A DNA stretch of 64,000 nucleotides from Arenicellales bacterium. Lineage in GTDB: Bacteria; Pseudomonadota; Gammaproteobacteria; Arenicellales; CBDCFT01. Below the pieces are notes generated by a model. That model worked only from the letters and a program-made list of their open reading frames with translations. It did no database searches and was not told where the DNA came from. Positions 11,330-23,902 of this stretch are shown here, piece after piece. The first letter of the stretch is position 1. Each line of letters opens with the position of its first letter. Made by a program: the position numbers and the translations under genes. Where the stretch lies: contig CBDCFT010000059.1 in NCBI GenBank assembly GCA_965216365.1, forward strand, positions 20,556 through 84,555, read 5' to 3'.

Positions 11330-11974
11330 ATGAGTAAAGCAAAACGAAGCGCGTCCAGCGAGCGTTGGAGACAACGCCAGTCGCGTGACCCGTTTGTTAA
11401 ACAGGCGCGCACACAAGGTTATAACTCTCGTGCCGCGTATAAGTTAATTGAAATCGACGAAAAAGATCGCTTGTTAAAAAACGGCATGACCGTGCTCGAT
11501 CTCGGCGCCGCACCGGGTAGTTGGTCGCAGTATGCCAGGCAAAAAGTCGGCGCAAAGGGTTTGGTGGTTGCGGTTGATTTGCTTCCGGTTAACGCAAAAG
11601 GTGTCGTGGCCATCCAGTCCGATATTAGCGAACTGGAAACATTACCAATTCTTCATGAATATAAGCGTACCGAGGCAAACCTTGTAATCAGCGATATCGC
11701 CCCCAATATCACAGGTGTGAAGGCGACCGATGATGCGCGCGCTTTGCAGTTGCTGGAATCGGTGTTGCATATTTGTGAGCAGGTGCTAAAAGCCGACGGC
11801 GTATTACTGGCAAAGGTGTTCGAAGGTGAAAGCGCGAACGAGTTTCGAAGAATGTGTGAGCGAAAGTTTTCAAAAATTACGATGCGTAAACCGCGTTCGT
11901 CACGTTCACAAAGCCGTGAAATATATTTGCTGGCACGAGGATTTAAACGCTTAAGCGCGTCAAAAAGAGAGTGA
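11330..11974 (+). CDS. rlmE: 23S rRNA (uridine2552-2'-O)-methyltransferase
   Basis: 214 aa with the SAM-binding motif DLGAAPGSWSQY. It sits upstream of ftsH. Confidence 0.95.
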   Translation: MSKAKRSASSERWRQRQSRDPFVKQARTQGYNSRAAYKLIEIDEKDRLLKNGMTVLDLGAAPGSWSQYARQKVGAKGLVVAVDLLPVNAKGVVAIQSDISELETLPILHEYKRTEANLVISDIAPNITGVKATDDARALQLLESVLHICEQVLKADGVLLAKVFEGESANEFRRMCERKFSKITMRKPRSSRSQSREIYLLARGFKRLSASKRE

Positions 11975-12091
11975 ATTCACTTGTGTTAACGCTGATCGCA
12001 TAGGAAAATGGTGTTCAGGTTCATTGGTTGGGCGGAACAAAGGCTCGCGCAAACCAGTCTTAACTAGACAATTCATTAAACATTACTTTGT

Positions 12092-14005
12092 ATGAATAAT
12101 TTAACCAAAAATCTTATCTTGTGGCTGGTTATCGCCATGGTGCTGATGGCGGTGTTTAACAATTTCGGGCCACGTCAGGACGCGAAACATCCGCCGATCC
12201 CTTATTCGACATTTATAACCCTGGTCACCCAGGGTCAGGTTGAAAAAGTCACTATCCGCGGCGAGACCATTCTTGGCACCAAGGTCAATGGCGAGACGTT
12301 TAAGACGCTTTCACCGGGCGACGATCACATGGTGACGGATTTGCTGGAAAACGGTGTCGCTATCAACGCGGAAGAGGAAGAACAGCCTTCATTGTTGTGG
12401 TCGATTCTTTTGAGCTGGTTCCCGTTTCTGTTATTGATCGGAGTCTGGATATTCTTTATGCGTCAGATGCAGGGCGGTGGTGGTCGTGGCGCGCTGAGTT
12501 TTGGTAAGAGCCGCGCGCGCATGCTGACGGAAGATAAGAACACCATCACGTTCGCCGATGTGGCCGGTGTTGAGGAAGCCAAGGAAGAAGTTGGTGAGCT
12601 GGTTGAATTTCTCAGCGACCCCTCCAAGTTTCAGAAACTGGGCGGACGTATACCGCGTGGTGTACTCATGACCGGCAGTCCCGGTACGGGTAAAACCCTG
12701 CTGGCGAAAGCCATTGCCGGTGAAGCCAAGGTGCCGTTTTTCTCCATTTCAGGTTCGGATTTTGTCGAAATGTTTGTCGGTGTCGGTGCTTCACGGGTGC
12801 GCGATATGTTTGAACAGGCCAAGAAAAACGCACCGTGCATCATTTTTATCGATGAAATTGATGCAGTCGGGCGTCAACGTGGCGCGGGTCTGGGCGGCGG
12901 ACACGACGAACGCGAGCAGACATTGAATCAGTTGCTGGTGGAAATGGATGGTTTCGAAGGCAGTGAAGGCGTGATTGTTATCGCTGCGACCAACCGGCCT
13001 GACGTGCTCGACCCCGCTTTATTGCGACCAGGACGTTTTGACCGCCAGGTGCACGTGCCGCTGCCGGATATTCGTGGTCGCGAGCAGATTCTTAAAGTAC
13101 ACATGCGCAAAGTGCCAATGTCAGACGATGTTGACGCCAATGTTATAGCACGCGGTACACCGGGTTTCTCCGGCGCAGATCTAGCGAATCTGGTGAATGA
13201 GGCGGCATTGTTTGCCGCACGTGCCAGCAAAAAGCTGGTAAACATGGAAGACTTTGAACTGGCCAAGGACAAGGTGCTCATGGGTGTCGAGCGCCGCTCA
13301 ATTGTTATGCCGGAAGAGGAACGTTTGAACACGGCGTACCACGAGTCCGGTCACACCGTGGTTGCGCGTAGTCTGGATAACACGGATCCCGTGCACAAGG
13401 TTACCATCATTCCGCGTGGTCGCGCGTTGGGCGTGACCATGCAGTTGCCCGAGGAAGATCGTTATTCTCATGACCGCGAGTATTTGCTGTCTAATATCGC
13501 CGTACTCATGGGTGGGCGTATTGCCGAAGAAGTGTTCATGAAACAAATGACCACCGGAGCGTCCAATGACTTTGAACGTGCTACCGAACTGGCGCTGAAA
13601 ATGGTTTCGCGCTGGGGCATGAGTGATGCCCTCGGTCCACGAGTGTACGGTGACAATCAATCCGAGGTTTTTCTGGGTCGCGATGTTTCAACGCATCGCA
13701 ATCTAAGTGACGCGACGGCACAAAAAGTCGATGCCGAAACCACGCGTATTATTGAAGAGCAGTACGCCAGAGCGCGTAAAATCATTGAGGATAAACGCGA
13801 CATCATTGAAACCATGGCGAAATTGCTGATGGAATGGGAAACACTGGATGCCGAGCAAATTGACGCTATTATGGAAGGTAGAACCCCGAAACCACCTGAA
13901 AATCTGGATGATTCGGACAAGGGTTCATCGACACCTGAGAGTAAAACCGATCCAAAACCGCCGATCGAGCCTCGTATGGACGAGCCGGCTGGCGATCAAG
14001 CCTAA
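12092..14005 (+). CDS. ftsH: ATP-dependent zinc metalloprotease FtsH
   Basis: 637 aa with Walker A GSPGTGKT and the zinc motif HESGH. Two N-terminal TM segments are present. Confidence 0.97.
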   Translation: MNNLTKNLILWLVIAMVLMAVFNNFGPRQDAKHPPIPYSTFITLVTQGQVEKVTIRGETILGTKVNGETFKTLSPGDDHMVTDLLENGVAINAEEEEQPSLLWSILLSWFPFLLLIGVWIFFMRQMQGGGGRGALSFGKSRARMLTEDKNTITFADVAGVEEAKEEVGELVEFLSDPSKFQKLGGRIPRGVLMTGSPGTGKTLLAKAIAGEAKVPFFSISGSDFVEMFVGVGASRVRDMFEQAKKNAPCIIFIDEIDAVGRQRGAGLGGGHDEREQTLNQLLVEMDGFEGSEGVIVIAATNRPDVLDPALLRPGRFDRQVHVPLPDIRGREQILKVHMRKVPMSDDVDANVIARGTPGFSGADLANLVNEAALFAARASKKLVNMEDFELAKDKVLMGVERRSIVMPEEERLNTAYHESGHTVVARSLDNTDPVHKVTIIPRGRALGVTMQLPEEDRYSHDREYLLSNIAVLMGGRIAEEVFMKQMTTGASNDFERATELALKMVSRWGMSDALGPRVYGDNQSEVFLGRDVSTHRNLSDATAQKVDAETTRIIEEQYARARKIIEDKRDIIETMAKLLMEWETLDAEQIDAIMEGRTPKPPENLDDSDKGSSTPESKTDPKPPIEPRMDEPAGDQA

Positions 14006-14059
14006 TAGGAAACATTCAGCGGGTTGCGGTGTTGCGTTAGAAAAAGCTAGTTCGCGCTA

Positions 14060-15424
14060 GTGGAACGGAAATATTTCGGCACAGACGGCGTTCGCGGTAG
14101 GGTGGGTGACGAACCCATCACGCCAGCCACGGTAATGAAACTCGGTTGGGCGGTCGGGCGCGTACTCGGTGCAGGATCGTCCAATGCGCGCATCTTGATT
14201 GGCAAGGACACGCGGGTTTCGGGATACATGCTCGAATCCGCTTTGGAAGCCGGTCTGTCCGCCGCCGGTGTTGATATTTCCCTTATCGGGCCAATGCCAA
14301 CCCCGGGCATCGCCTACCTCACGCGTACCTCGCGCGCCCAGGCCGGGATCGTAATCAGCGCATCGCACAATCCTTATTTTGATAATGGAATCAAGTTCTT
14401 TTCAGCGAAAGGTCAGAAGTTACCTGACGATGTGGAGTTGGAAATAGAACAGGCAATGGGTGAACCCATGAGTATTGTCGAGTCCGCGTCGCTGGGCAAA
14501 GCCGAGCGCTTCGCAGATGCCGCCGGACGTTATATTGAATTCTGCAAAAGCACTGTGCCTTATCGTTTGACGCTCAAGGAGCTGCGCCTGGTGGTCGATT
14601 GTGCTCACGGTGCTGCTTATCACGTTGCCCCGAATGTGTTTGAGGAACTGGGTGCTGACGTAACGGCGATCGGGCATCAACCCGACGGTTTCAATATCAA
14701 CGAACAATGCGGCTCGACCCATCCACAGGCGTTACAGGCCAAAGTATTGGAAACCCAGGCAGATATCGGCATTGCGCTGGACGGGGATGGTGATCGCCTG
14801 ATTCTGGTCGATGCTATGGGAGAAATTGTCGATGGCGATGAGATTCTCTATATCATGTCTCAGCATCGGCTTAAAAAATCAAGATTGAATGGCGGCCTGG
14901 TGGGAACGTTGATGACTAATCTCGGACTTGAGCAAGCCTGTGCGCGGGCGAATATACCGTTCGTGCGTGCGGCGGTAGGCGATCGCTACGTGTTGGAGCA
15001 GCTTGCCGTGGAACAATGGGAACTCGGCGGTGAAACGTCAGGGCACATTATCTGCCTGGATAAGACGACAACCGGCGATGCCATCATCGCGGCCTTGGAA
15101 TTATTGCAGGTGATGGTGAATACGGGAAAATCGTTGAATGACTTGAAAACCGGCATGGAAAAGTTTCCGCAGAAAATGATTAACGTGCGTCTCGAGAACG
15201 GAAAGTCATCGCAAACCGCCGAGATTATTGATTGCGCATCGGTTGGCGATGCGGTCAAACAGGCGCAATCCGAATTGTCCAGCAATGGTCGTGTGGTACT
15301 GCGGCCGTCAGGGACAGAGCCTTTGATACGTGTGATGGTCGAGGGTAACAATTCATCACAGGTAGACAGAATAACCCGGCAACTGGCACAAACCGTCGAA
15401 ACGACAGCCAAGTCGCTGGGCTGA
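14060..15424 (+). CDS. glmM: phosphoglucosamine mutase
   Basis: 454 aa with a GTG start. It has RKYFGTDGVRG and the phosphoserine loop SASHNP. Confidence 0.95.
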   Translation: MERKYFGTDGVRGRVGDEPITPATVMKLGWAVGRVLGAGSSNARILIGKDTRVSGYMLESALEAGLSAAGVDISLIGPMPTPGIAYLTRTSRAQAGIVISASHNPYFDNGIKFFSAKGQKLPDDVELEIEQAMGEPMSIVESASLGKAERFADAAGRYIEFCKSTVPYRLTLKELRLVVDCAHGAAYHVAPNVFEELGADVTAIGHQPDGFNINEQCGSTHPQALQAKVLETQADIGIALDGDGDRLILVDAMGEIVDGDEILYIMSQHRLKKSRLNGGLVGTLMTNLGLEQACARANIPFVRAAVGDRYVLEQLAVEQWELGGETSGHIICLDKTTTGDAIIAALELLQVMVNTGKSLNDLKTGMEKFPQKMINVRLENGKSSQTAEIIDCASVGDAVKQAQSELSSNGRVVLRPSGTEPLIRVMVEGNNSSQVDRITRQLAQTVETTAKSLG

Positions 15425-15521
15425 CTTGATCTAACCCGGATATTCGTTGCTTTATTGCCGATGCGCCGGTAACATCCGGCCCGATTTTTCACCCCTGATC
15501 TCAACTGCGTAAAGGACCTCA

Positions 15522-16280
15522 TTGACCCAACATTCGAGAAAGCCCCTGGTTGCCGGCAACTGGAAAATGAACATGAACCGGCAGTCGGCACTGGATTTGG
15601 CGAAAACGGTATGTAATGAAATTAGCGGTGAAAACACCGAAGTCCTGTTGTGCCCACCGTCGATCCTGATACCGGCGGTAACGGTCGTAATTGAGTCGAG
15701 CAAGGTGAAGCTGGGCGCGCAAAACATGAACGAGCACGACTCGGGTGCACATACGGGTGAAATATCCGCGCAAATGTTGAAGGATTTCGACTGCACATAC
15801 GTTATCCTTGGACATTCGGAGCGGCGTCATATTTACGGTGAAACCGATGCAATGGTGGCTGCTAAAACCGTGGCCGCAATCGACAATGGCATTACACCCA
15901 TCGTGTGTGTCGGTGAGACGCTGGACGAACGCGAGTCCGATGCTACTGAAGCGGTGGTGTTAAGGCAACTGGATGCCGTGTTAACGGCAGCAGGCGCGGA
16001 TCAATTCAAGAACGCGGTCGTTGCGTATGAACCGGTGTGGGCGATTGGCACGGGTAAAACTGCATCGCCGGAGCAGGCGCAGGCGGTTCACGCTGTTTTG
16101 CGCGACAGACTGGCCGGTGCGAATGCAGGTGCAGAAAGCGTGCGGATATTATACGGCGGCAGTGTCAAAGCAGATAACGCGGCGACTTTATTTGAACAAG
16201 CGGATATCGATGGTGGTTTGATCGGTGGCGCTTCACTCAAAGCAGACGAATTTTTAGCGATCTGCCAAGCGGCAGGTTAA
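15522..16280 (+). CDS. tpiA: triosephosphate isomerase
   Basis: 252 aa with a TTG start and AAGGA 5 nt upstream. It has LVAGNWKMN and AYEPVWAIGTG. Confidence 0.95.
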   Translation: MTQHSRKPLVAGNWKMNMNRQSALDLAKTVCNEISGENTEVLLCPPSILIPAVTVVIESSKVKLGAQNMNEHDSGAHTGEISAQMLKDFDCTYVILGHSERRHIYGETDAMVAAKTVAAIDNGITPIVCVGETLDERESDATEAVVLRQLDAVLTAAGADQFKNAVVAYEPVWAIGTGKTASPEQAQAVHAVLRDRLAGANAGAESVRILYGGSVKADNAATLFEQADIDGGLIGGASLKADEFLAICQAAG

Positions 16281-16289
16281 GGAAGCAGA

Positions 16290-16664
16290 ATGTTAATTAA
16301 CGTGGTATTGGTAGTTCATGTATTAGTCGCGGTGGCTATCGTTGTGCTGGTATTGTTACAACAAGGCCGTGGTGCGGATGCAGGCGCGGCATTCGGTGGC
16401 GGCGGCGGTTCGCAAAGCCTGTTCGGTGCGCAGGGATCGGCCAACTTTCTCAGCCGGACGACCGCTATATTGGCGACTATCTTTTTTCTCACCAGTTTGG
16501 GTTTGGCGTACATTTACAACCAAAGCACGGAACGCCGCAGTGTGACGGAAAATCTGCCTGCGGTGGAAACCCAGACGGAGTTGCCTGAAACGCCTCAAAC
16601 CGAAACAACGGAAACTGATCAGGGATCTGAAGTTCCGTCGGCACCGTCCGGCGAAAGTCAATAG
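16290..16664 (+). CDS. secG: preprotein translocase subunit SecG
   Basis: 124 aa with an N-terminal TM segment, a Gly-rich loop ([15 protein letters not shown]) and a second TM segment. Confidence 0.9.
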   Translation: MLINVVLVVHVLVAVAIVVLVLLQQGRGADAGAAFGGGGGSQSLFGAQGSANFLSRTTAILATIFFLTSLGLAYIYNQSTERRSVTENLPAVETQTELPETPQTETTETDQGSEVPSAPSGESQ

Positions 16665-16734
16665 TTTTCGATCCAAAGCGGCGACAACGACGTTCATGGT
16701 TAGGTCGCCATGCTAGGATATGGTACGGGTTACA

Positions 16735-16819
16735 GCCGAAGTGGTGGAATTGGTAGACACGCCGTCTTGAGGGGGCGGTGGCGCGAGCCGTGCCGGTTCG
16801 AGTCCGGCCTTCGGCACCA
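16735..16819 (+). tRNA. tRNA-Leu (anticodon GAG)
   Basis: A manual cloverleaf fits. The acceptor is GCCGAAG/CTTCGGC followed by A-CCA. The anticodon loop is TTGAGGG, there is a long variable arm, and the T-arm is GCCGG-TTCGAGT-CCGGC. Confidence 0.9.
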
Positions 16820-16862
16820 GGGATATCCGGTATTTAACCGTCAATGACATTATAATAACTGA

Positions 16863-17219
16863 ATGCTTGAAAACTACGTTCCAATATTGATCTTTCTCGG
16901 TGTTGCCGCGGTCATTGGTGTTGTACCGTTGGCATTGGGTCGTTTGCTGGGTCCACACCAACCGGATGATGAAAAACTATCGCCTTACGAATGCGGTTTT
17001 GAAGCCTTCGAAGATTCGCGCATGAAATTCGATGTGCGTTATTACCTGGTCGCCATCCTGTTCATTATTTTTGATCTTGAGATCGCGTTTCTTTTTCCGT
17101 GGGCTATCGTGTTGGATGAAATCGGCTCATTCGGTTTCATCGCCATGATGATTTTTCTGGCCGTTCTTGTGGTCGGATTTATTTATGAATGGATGAAAGG
17201 GGCGCTGGAATGGGAGTAA
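16863..17219 (+). CDS. nuoA: NADH-quinone oxidoreductase subunit A
   Basis: 118 aa reading [12 protein letters not shown]... It is the first gene of a colinear nuoA-N cluster. Confidence 0.95.
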   Translation: MLENYVPILIFLGVAAVIGVVPLALGRLLGPHQPDDEKLSPYECGFEAFEDSRMKFDVRYYLVAILFIIFDLEIAFLFPWAIVLDEIGSFGFIAMMIFLAVLVVGFIYEWMKGALEWE

Positions 17220-17223
17220 CGCC

Positions 17224-17700
17224 GTGCCGATAGAAGGAGTATTGAACCAGGGGTTCGCCACCACCTCGCTGGACAAACTCATCAACTGGGCGCGCACCGG
17301 AGCGATGTGGCCAATGACTTTCGGTCTGGCCTGTTGTGCCGTGGAAATGATGCACGCCGGTGCATCGCGTTACGATCTTGATCGTTTCGGAATTATATTC
17401 CGTCCCAGCCCACGTCAATCCGATGTCATGATTGTCGCCGGTACGCTGGTTAATAAAATGGCGCCGGCCTTGCGCAAGGTGTATGACCAAATGCCCGAAC
17501 CGCGCTGGGTCATTTCAATGGGTTCGTGCGCTAACGGCGGTGGCTATTATCATTACTCGTACTCAGTCGTTCGAGGTTGTGACCGCATTGTGCCGGTGGA
17601 TGTCTACGTTCCGGGCTGCCCGCCGACAGCGGAAGCGCTCTTGTATGGGATTATTCAGTTGCAGAAGAAGATTAAACGCACCAACACAATTGCCCGCTAA
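17224..17700 (+). CDS. nuoB: NADH-quinone oxidoreductase subunit B
   Basis: 158 aa with a GTG start and N2 cluster motifs ([24 protein letters not shown]). Confidence 0.95.
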   Translation: MPIEGVLNQGFATTSLDKLINWARTGAMWPMTFGLACCAVEMMHAGASRYDLDRFGIIFRPSPRQSDVMIVAGTLVNKMAPALRKVYDQMPEPRWVISMGSCANGGGYYHYSYSVVRGCDRIVPVDVYVPGCPPTAEALLYGIIQLQKKIKRTNTIAR

Positions 17701-17846
17701 AAAATGGCTGCGCTTAGTCAATATTTCGTTGAAAATGCTCTCAAAATACTCATGTATTGTCACATACACTCCGTTTTTTCGCGCATTTTCGCCTCGTCTT
17801 GCCGTCGCTCGCTCATTTTTTAATGCCTGTTTAGCCTCGCGCAAAT

Positions 17847-18527
17847 ATGCCCAAGATTGAAAAATTATCGAATAGGATAAACAGCGTACTCGGTGATGCG
17901 ATCAGTGAATCGACGATTGCATTGGGCGAACTTACTATTGAAATAGTGCGCGACCGCCTGGTCGATGTGTGTACCCTGTTGCGGGACAATCCTGAATTGC
18001 AGTTCGAGCAGTTGATCGATATCTGTGGTGTCGACTATTCGCATTACGGGTGTGATGAAGGCGGCAAACCCTGGGTGGGTTCCAGTTCATCGCAACAACA
18101 CCTGGGTGACCGCATCGACAACACTAACAGCCGTCATCAAGGCCCGCGTTTTGCTGTGGTGTATCACCTGTTGTCGGTCAGTCAAAATCATCGCGTGCGC
18201 TTGCGTGTCATGCTGGACGATGAATTTCCCGCCTTGCCGTCCGTCGTCAGTGTCTGGCATTCAGCGGATTGGTATGAGCGCGAAACCTTCGATTTGTTCG
18301 GTATTGTATTTGAAGGCCACCCGGACTTGCGCCGTATCTTGACCGACTATGGTTTTATCGGCCATCCATTTAGAAAAGATTTTCCCATTTCAGGACATGT
18401 GGAAATGCGCTACGACGCGGATAAAGGTCGGGTAATTTATCAACCGGTTACCATCGAACCACGTGTGCTGGTACCGCGTATGATTCGTGACAGCGCTGCC
18501 GCGACAGAACAATCCGGCAATGGCTGA
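17847..18527 (+). CDS. nuoC: NADH-quinone oxidoreductase subunit C
   Basis: 226 aa with ..[27 protein letters not shown]. It is separate from nuoD, not fused. Confidence 0.93.
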   Translation: MPKIEKLSNRINSVLGDAISESTIALGELTIEIVRDRLVDVCTLLRDNPELQFEQLIDICGVDYSHYGCDEGGKPWVGSSSSQQHLGDRIDNTNSRHQGPRFAVVYHLLSVSQNHRVRLRVMLDDEFPALPSVVSVWHSADWYERETFDLFGIVFEGHPDLRRILTDYGFIGHPFRKDFPISGHVEMRYDADKGRVIYQPVTIEPRVLVPRMIRDSAAATEQSGNG

Positions 18528-19773
18528 AATCCGTAACTACACCATGAACTTTGGCCCGCAGCATCCTGCGGCCCACGGTGTATTGCGTGTGGTTATGGAA
18601 ATGGACGGCGAAGTGATAGAGCGGGTCGATCCGCACATCGGGTTACTGCATCGCGGCACGGAAAAACTAGCCGAAACCAAACCATTCAACCAAACCATCG
18701 GTTACATGGATCGTCTGGATTACGTGTCCATGATGTGTAGCGAGCACGGTTATGTCAGCGCGATTGAAAAGCTGTTGGAAATCTCGCCACCCATACGCGC
18801 GCAATACATTCGCGTCATGTTCGACGAGATCACACGCATCCTGAATCACCTGTTATGGCTGGGCGCGCATGCTTTAGATGTTGGTGCAATGACGGTGTTC
18901 CTGTATTGTTTTCGTGAACGCGAAGATCTGATGGATTGCTACGAAGCCGCCTCCGGTGCGCGTTTGCACGCGACCTATTATCGTCCGGGTGGGGTGTATC
19001 GCGATTTGCCCGACACTATGCCGAAGTATGAGGCTTCGAAATGGCACAACGATAAAGATGTCGCTCGTTTGAACGAAGCACGGGAAGGGTCGTTGCTGGA
19101 TTTTATCTGGATGTTTACCGAGCGATTTCCAAAACGCGTCGACGAGTACGAAACCCTGTTAACGGACAACCGCATCTGGAAACAACGCACCGTGAATATC
19201 GGTGTAGTGTCGCCGGAACGTGCGTTGCAACTCGGCTTTACCGGCCCGATGATTCGTGGTTCGGGTTTTGCCTGGGATGTGCGTAAGAAACAACCTTATG
19301 CGGTTTACGACAAAATGGATTTCGATATTCCTGTTGGTGTCAACGGCGATTGCTATGACCGCTACCTGGTGCGTATCGAAGAAATGCGCCAGTCAAACAA
19401 TATCATTCGTCAATGCGTCGAGTGGTTACGTGCGAATCCAGGCCCGGTCATGGTGGAAAATCAGAAAATCGCACCGCCCAAACGCACTACCATGAAACAG
19501 GACATGGAATCGCTGATTCATCATTTCAAATTATTTACCGAAGGGTTTTGCGTGCCGGATGGCGAAGTGTATGCGGCGGTGGAAGCACCCAAAGGCGAGT
19601 TTGGCATATACCTCATTTCAGACGGTGCGAACAAACCATATCGTTTGAAAATCCGCGCACCGGGATTTGCTCATCTTGCGTCATTGAATGAAATGTCCAG
19701 CGGACATATGTTGGCCGACATGGTGGCGATAATCGGCACGCAGGATATCGTGTTCGGGGAGATTGACCGCTGA
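18520..19773 (+). CDS. nuoD: NADH-quinone oxidoreductase subunit D
   Basis: [23 protein letters not shown].. The ATG at 18520 overlaps the nuoC stop (ATGGCTGA). Confidence 0.95.
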   Translation: MAEIRNYTMNFGPQHPAAHGVLRVVMEMDGEVIERVDPHIGLLHRGTEKLAETKPFNQTIGYMDRLDYVSMMCSEHGYVSAIEKLLEISPPIRAQYIRVMFDEITRILNHLLWLGAHALDVGAMTVFLYCFREREDLMDCYEAASGARLHATYYRPGGVYRDLPDTMPKYEASKWHNDKDVARLNEAREGSLLDFIWMFTERFPKRVDEYETLLTDNRIWKQRTVNIGVVSPERALQLGFTGPMIRGSGFAWDVRKKQPYAVYDKMDFDIPVGVNGDCYDRYLVRIEEMRQSNNIIRQCVEWLRANPGPVMVENQKIAPPKRTTMKQDMESLIHHFKLFTEGFCVPDGEVYAAVEAPKGEFGIYLISDGANKPYRLKIRAPGFAHLASLNEMSSGHMLADMVAIIGTQDIVFGEIDR

Positions 19774-20246
19774 TGAATCAAGTGTTGTCCAACGCAACCG
19801 TGGCGAAAATCGAAAAAGAATTCGTCAAGTATCCGACCAAGCAAGCAGTTGTAAAATCAGCCTTGCGTTACGCCCAGGATGAACACGGTTGGGTCAGCGA
19901 TGATATTGTTAAAGCGGTGGCCGAATTGCTGGAACTGGAACCGATCCAGGTTTACGAAGTCGCGACGTTTTACGATCACTACGATACCAAACCTGCCGGC
20001 CGTCACAAAATAAAAGTCTGCACGAATATATCCTGCATGTTATGCGGATCGGACGATGTGGTGGATCACCTGCAAAACAAACTCGGTATTAAATTTGGTG
20101 AGACTACCGAAGACGGCCGTTTCACTTTATACGAGTCGGAGTGTCTCGCTGCCTGTGCTGCCGCACCCATGATGATGATCGGTAATGACTATCATGAAAA
20201 TCTGACGCCGGAGAAAATCGACGGCATTCTGGACGGGTTGGAGTAA
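19773..20246 (+). CDS. nuoE: NADH-quinone oxidoreductase subunit E
   Basis: 157 aa with 2Fe-2S Cys motifs ([16 protein letters not shown]). Confidence 0.95.
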   Translation: MNQVLSNATVAKIEKEFVKYPTKQAVVKSALRYAQDEHGWVSDDIVKAVAELLELEPIQVYEVATFYDHYDTKPAGRHKIKVCTNISCMLCGSDDVVDHLQNKLGIKFGETTEDGRFTLYESECLAACAAAPMMMIGNDYHENLTPEKIDGILDGLE

Positions 20247-20250
20247 TCGT

Positions 20251-21519
20251 ATGGGACTGCATGTTTGTTTGCCCGATCCGAGCGTTGACCAGCCGTGGAC
20301 AATGGCTGCTTATGAAAGTCAGGGTGGTTATTCGGCCTGGCGCAAGATTCTGCAGGAAAAAACACCGCCGGAAGATATTATCGAAGAGTTAAAAACATCC
20401 GGGTTACGTGGCCGTGGCGGAGCTGGTTTTCCGACCGGTTTGAAAATGAGTTTTATGCCGCGTAATGCGCCGGGGCAAAAATACCTCGTGTGTAATTCCG
20501 ATGAGAGCGAACCGGGAACGTGCAAAGACCGCGACATACTGCGTTTTAACCCGCATGCGCTGGTCGAGGGTATGGCCATAGGCGCTTACAGCATGGGTGC
20601 AACCGTGGCATACAACTATATTCGTGGCGAATTTTATGAACCCTACACACGTTTCGAAGCAGCGCTGCAAGAAGCGCGCGATGCCGGTCTAATAGGGAAA
20701 GACCTGCAGGGTTCGGGCATCGATATCGAGATTTTTACCTCGCGTGGCGCCGGCGCCTATATCTGCGGCGAAGAAACCGCCCTGCTGGAATCGCTGGAAG
20801 GCAAAAAGGGGCAACCACGGTTCAAGCCACCGTTCCCGGCGCAGGTTGGTGCGTTTGGTCGCCCGACCACGGTTAACAACACCGAATCACTGGCCTCGAT
20901 TTCGACTATTATGCGCAAGGGTGCGCAGTGGTTTGCTGACTTAGGTCCGCCGAATAATGGGGGCAGTAAGATATTTTCGGTGAGTGGTCACGTCGCCAGG
21001 CCCGGCAATTACGAAGTACCTCTGGGCACATCGTTTAAGGACTTGCTGGAAATGGCCGGCGGTATGCGTGACGGTAAACAACTAAAAGCTGTTATACCCG
21101 GCGGCTCGTCGGTGCCGGTGTTGCCTGCGGAAAAAATCCTCGCCGCCAACATGGATTACGACTCGCTGCAGGAAGCGGGTTCCATGCTGGGTGCGGGTTC
21201 CGTGATCGTGATGGATGAAACCACGTGTATGGTGCGCGTGCTGGAGCGAATTTCTTATTTCTACTATGTCGAGTCCTGCGGTCAATGCACGCCGTGTCGC
21301 GAAGGCACGGGTTGGTTGTATCGTGTGATTAATCGTATTCGTAACGGCCGTGGTCAACCTGAGGATCTTGATCTATTGGTGGACATGGCAAATCGCATCG
21401 AGGGACGAACCATTTGCGCACTCGGTGATGCAGCGGCCTGGCCGGTGCAGAGCTTTATGAAGCACTATCGACACGAATTTGCCGCCATGATTCCGGGCGC
21501 ACAACAGAAGGCGGCGTAA
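20251..21519 (+). CDS. nuoF: NADH-quinone oxidoreductase subunit F
   Basis: 422 aa with [29 protein letters not shown] and [12 protein letters not shown]. Confidence 0.96.
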   Translation: MGLHVCLPDPSVDQPWTMAAYESQGGYSAWRKILQEKTPPEDIIEELKTSGLRGRGGAGFPTGLKMSFMPRNAPGQKYLVCNSDESEPGTCKDRDILRFNPHALVEGMAIGAYSMGATVAYNYIRGEFYEPYTRFEAALQEARDAGLIGKDLQGSGIDIEIFTSRGAGAYICGEETALLESLEGKKGQPRFKPPFPAQVGAFGRPTTVNNTESLASISTIMRKGAQWFADLGPPNNGGSKIFSVSGHVARPGNYEVPLGTSFKDLLEMAGGMRDGKQLKAVIPGGSSVPVLPAEKILAANMDYDSLQEAGSMLGAGSVIVMDETTCMVRVLERISYFYYVESCGQCTPCREGTGWLYRVINRIRNGRGQPEDLDLLVDMANRIEGRTICALGDAAAWPVQSFMKHYRHEFAAMIPGAQQKAA

Positions 21520-21526
21520 GTATAGT

Positions 21527-23902
21527 ATGCCTGACCCGATAAAAATCGAAATCGACGGTCGCGAGTTCGAAACGCAACCCGGCACCATGATTATCCAGGT
21601 GGCGGATGATGCCGGAATCGATATTCCACGATTTTGTTATCACAAGAAGCTATCAATCGCGGCAAATTGCCGCATGTGCCTGGTGCAGGTCGAGAAAGCG
21701 CCCAAGCCGATGCCGGCATGCGCTACTCCTGTTACGGACGGTATGAAAATTTTCACACACTCCAATTACGCTATGGATGCGCAAAAAGCGACTATGGAGT
21801 TTTTGCTCATCAATCATCCGCTGGATTGTCCGATCTGCGATCAGGGCGGGGAGTGTCCGTTGCAGGATCAGGCCATGGTCTACGGCAACGACGTGTCGCG
21901 CTTCGCCGAGAAAAAACGCGTTGCCGACGATCACGACATTGGTCCTTTGATTGCAACGGAGATGACCCGTTGTATTCATTGCACACGATGCGTGCGATTC
22001 GGTCAGGAGGTGGCGGGCATCATGGAGCTGGGTGCGACCGGTCGCGGCGAGCATACGCAAATCGGGACTTATATCGAACAAACTGTGGATTCGGAGTTGT
22101 CGGGCAATGCCATTGATTTGTGTCCAGTGGGCGCGTTGACATCGAAACCTTACCGATTCTCTGCCCGTGCCTGGGAACTGGTCAATCACGACAGTGTCAG
22201 TCCGCACGATTGCGTCGGCACTAATTTGACCGTTCAAACATTGCGCAACGAAGTCAAACGCGTGTTGCCGCGCCATAACGACGCGATCAACGAGTGCTGG
22301 ATTGCGGATCGCGATCGTTACAGTTATGAGGCGCTGAATACCGATGAACGTTTAACGATGCCGATGATTCGCCGGGATGGCAAATGGCAGGAAACCGATT
22401 GGCAAAGTGCGTTGAACTTTGCGGTGGACGGTTTGCGTGGTGTGATCGATAAGCACGGCGCGGATGGTATCGGCGCGCTGGCTTCGCCCATTTGCACCAC
22501 CGAAGAGTTTTATCTGTTACAAAAGTTATTTCGCTCGCTCGGTGTTGGTAACGTCGATCATCGGCTCCGGCAAATCGATTTTTCCGATGATGAAACCGCA
22601 CCTTTGTTTCCTGGTCTGGAAATTCCTATTGCCGAGTTGGAAACGCGAAAAGCTATTCTGCTGCTCGGTTCGAATATTCGCAAAGACCAGCCACTGCTTG
22701 GATTGCGTGTGCGTAAAGCGGCACTGAAAGGCGCCGCTGTCATGGTGATCAATCCATTGGACTATGAATTTCATTTCAAGACATCGGCGAAAAATATCGT
22801 TCCGTCGTCGCAATTGGCGTCTTCGCTGGCGCGCGTAGCCGTTGCATTGGGTCAAACCAAGAATGTCGATGTGCCTGCGGAGATTTCGGCATGGGCGGGT
22901 GATGAAGGTGTTAACGATGTCGAAACATCGATGGCAAATACTCTGGCGGAACAGGGCGGGGATGCCGTGGTATTGCTAGGTTCGATAGCGCATCAGCATT
23001 CTGACTTTGCCGCATTGAAAGCGATCAGCGAGTGGATCGGCGATGCTTGCGGTGCAAAGTTGGGAATACTGGCCGATGCGAATTCTGCGGGCGCGCATCT
23101 CGCGGGTTGTGTTGCGCATCGTGGTGCAGGCGGCTCGACTGATGTGGTCAAGGGCAAGAGCGCGGATGCGATGCTGGACGGTTCGTGCAAAGGTTTTGTG
23201 CTGTTTGGCGCGGAACCGGAACTGGATTGTCTGCGTGGCGCGGCGGCGGGCCGGGCAATGAACGAGGCCGAATTCGTTGTCTCGGTGAGTGCGTTTCGCG
23301 CCAACATGGATTTTGCCGACGTGTTGCTGCCGATGACACCGTTTACTGAAACATCGGGTACTTTTGTTAATTGCGAAGGCAAGGCGCAAAGCTTTCAGGC
23401 AGCGGTAACACCAAAAGGCGAGGCGCGTCCGGGTTGGAAAATACTTCGTGTATTAGGCAATCTTTTTAAATGTGATGGGTTCGACCAGGTTTCATCACAA
23501 GATGTTTTGGCGGAAACCGGTTTGCAAGACCGGCAAAGCGTTTCAGTACGCTCAAAAGAACTCAAGGTTCCAGCACCGTCTGCCCGTAAGAACGATGATG
23601 GCATTGATCGCATTGCTTATACACCGTTGTATGCGGTTGATCCGATTGTGCGCCGGTCAAAACCGCTGCAAGCGACCAAAGACAATCCCCAGCCTGCCTT
23701 GCGTGTAAACAGCGAATCGTTAGCCGCTCTGAACTTAACCGCAGGCAAATCAGCGACAATTCAGATGAACGGATACAGTGTCGATCTAGATGTGGTTGAA
23801 GACGAACGCGTTCCTTCCAGCAGCGTTTATATTCCAGCGGGTTATGCGGTAACACGGGATTTGGATGGCGCGGTTTCGGTTAAGGTGAGCGGGCAGTCAT
23901 GA
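21527..23902 (+). CDS. nuoG: NADH-quinone oxidoreductase subunit G
   Basis: 791 aa with an N-terminal 2Fe-2S/4Fe-4S domain ([31 protein letters not shown]). Confidence 0.96.
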   Translation: MPDPIKIEIDGREFETQPGTMIIQVADDAGIDIPRFCYHKKLSIAANCRMCLVQVEKAPKPMPACATPVTDGMKIFTHSNYAMDAQKATMEFLLINHPLDCPICDQGGECPLQDQAMVYGNDVSRFAEKKRVADDHDIGPLIATEMTRCIHCTRCVRFGQEVAGIMELGATGRGEHTQIGTYIEQTVDSELSGNAIDLCPVGALTSKPYRFSARAWELVNHDSVSPHDCVGTNLTVQTLRNEVKRVLPRHNDAINECWIADRDRYSYEALNTDERLTMPMIRRDGKWQETDWQSALNFAVDGLRGVIDKHGADGIGALASPICTTEEFYLLQKLFRSLGVGNVDHRLRQIDFSDDETAPLFPGLEIPIAELETRKAILLLGSNIRKDQPLLGLRVRKAALKGAAVMVINPLDYEFHFKTSAKNIVPSSQLASSLARVAVALGQTKNVDVPAEISAWAGDEGVNDVETSMANTLAEQGGDAVVLLGSIAHQHSDFAALKAISEWIGDACGAKLGILADANSAGAHLAGCVAHRGAGGSTDVVKGKSADAMLDGSCKGFVLFGAEPELDCLRGAAAGRAMNEAEFVVSVSAFRANMDFADVLLPMTPFTETSGTFVNCEGKAQSFQAAVTPKGEARPGWKILRVLGNLFKCDGFDQVSSQDVLAETGLQDRQSVSVRSKELKVPAPSARKNDDGIDRIAYTPLYAVDPIVRRSKPLQATKDNPQPALRVNSESLAALNLTAGKSATIQMNGYSVDLDVVEDERVPSSSVYIPAGYAVTRDLDGAVSVKVSGQS

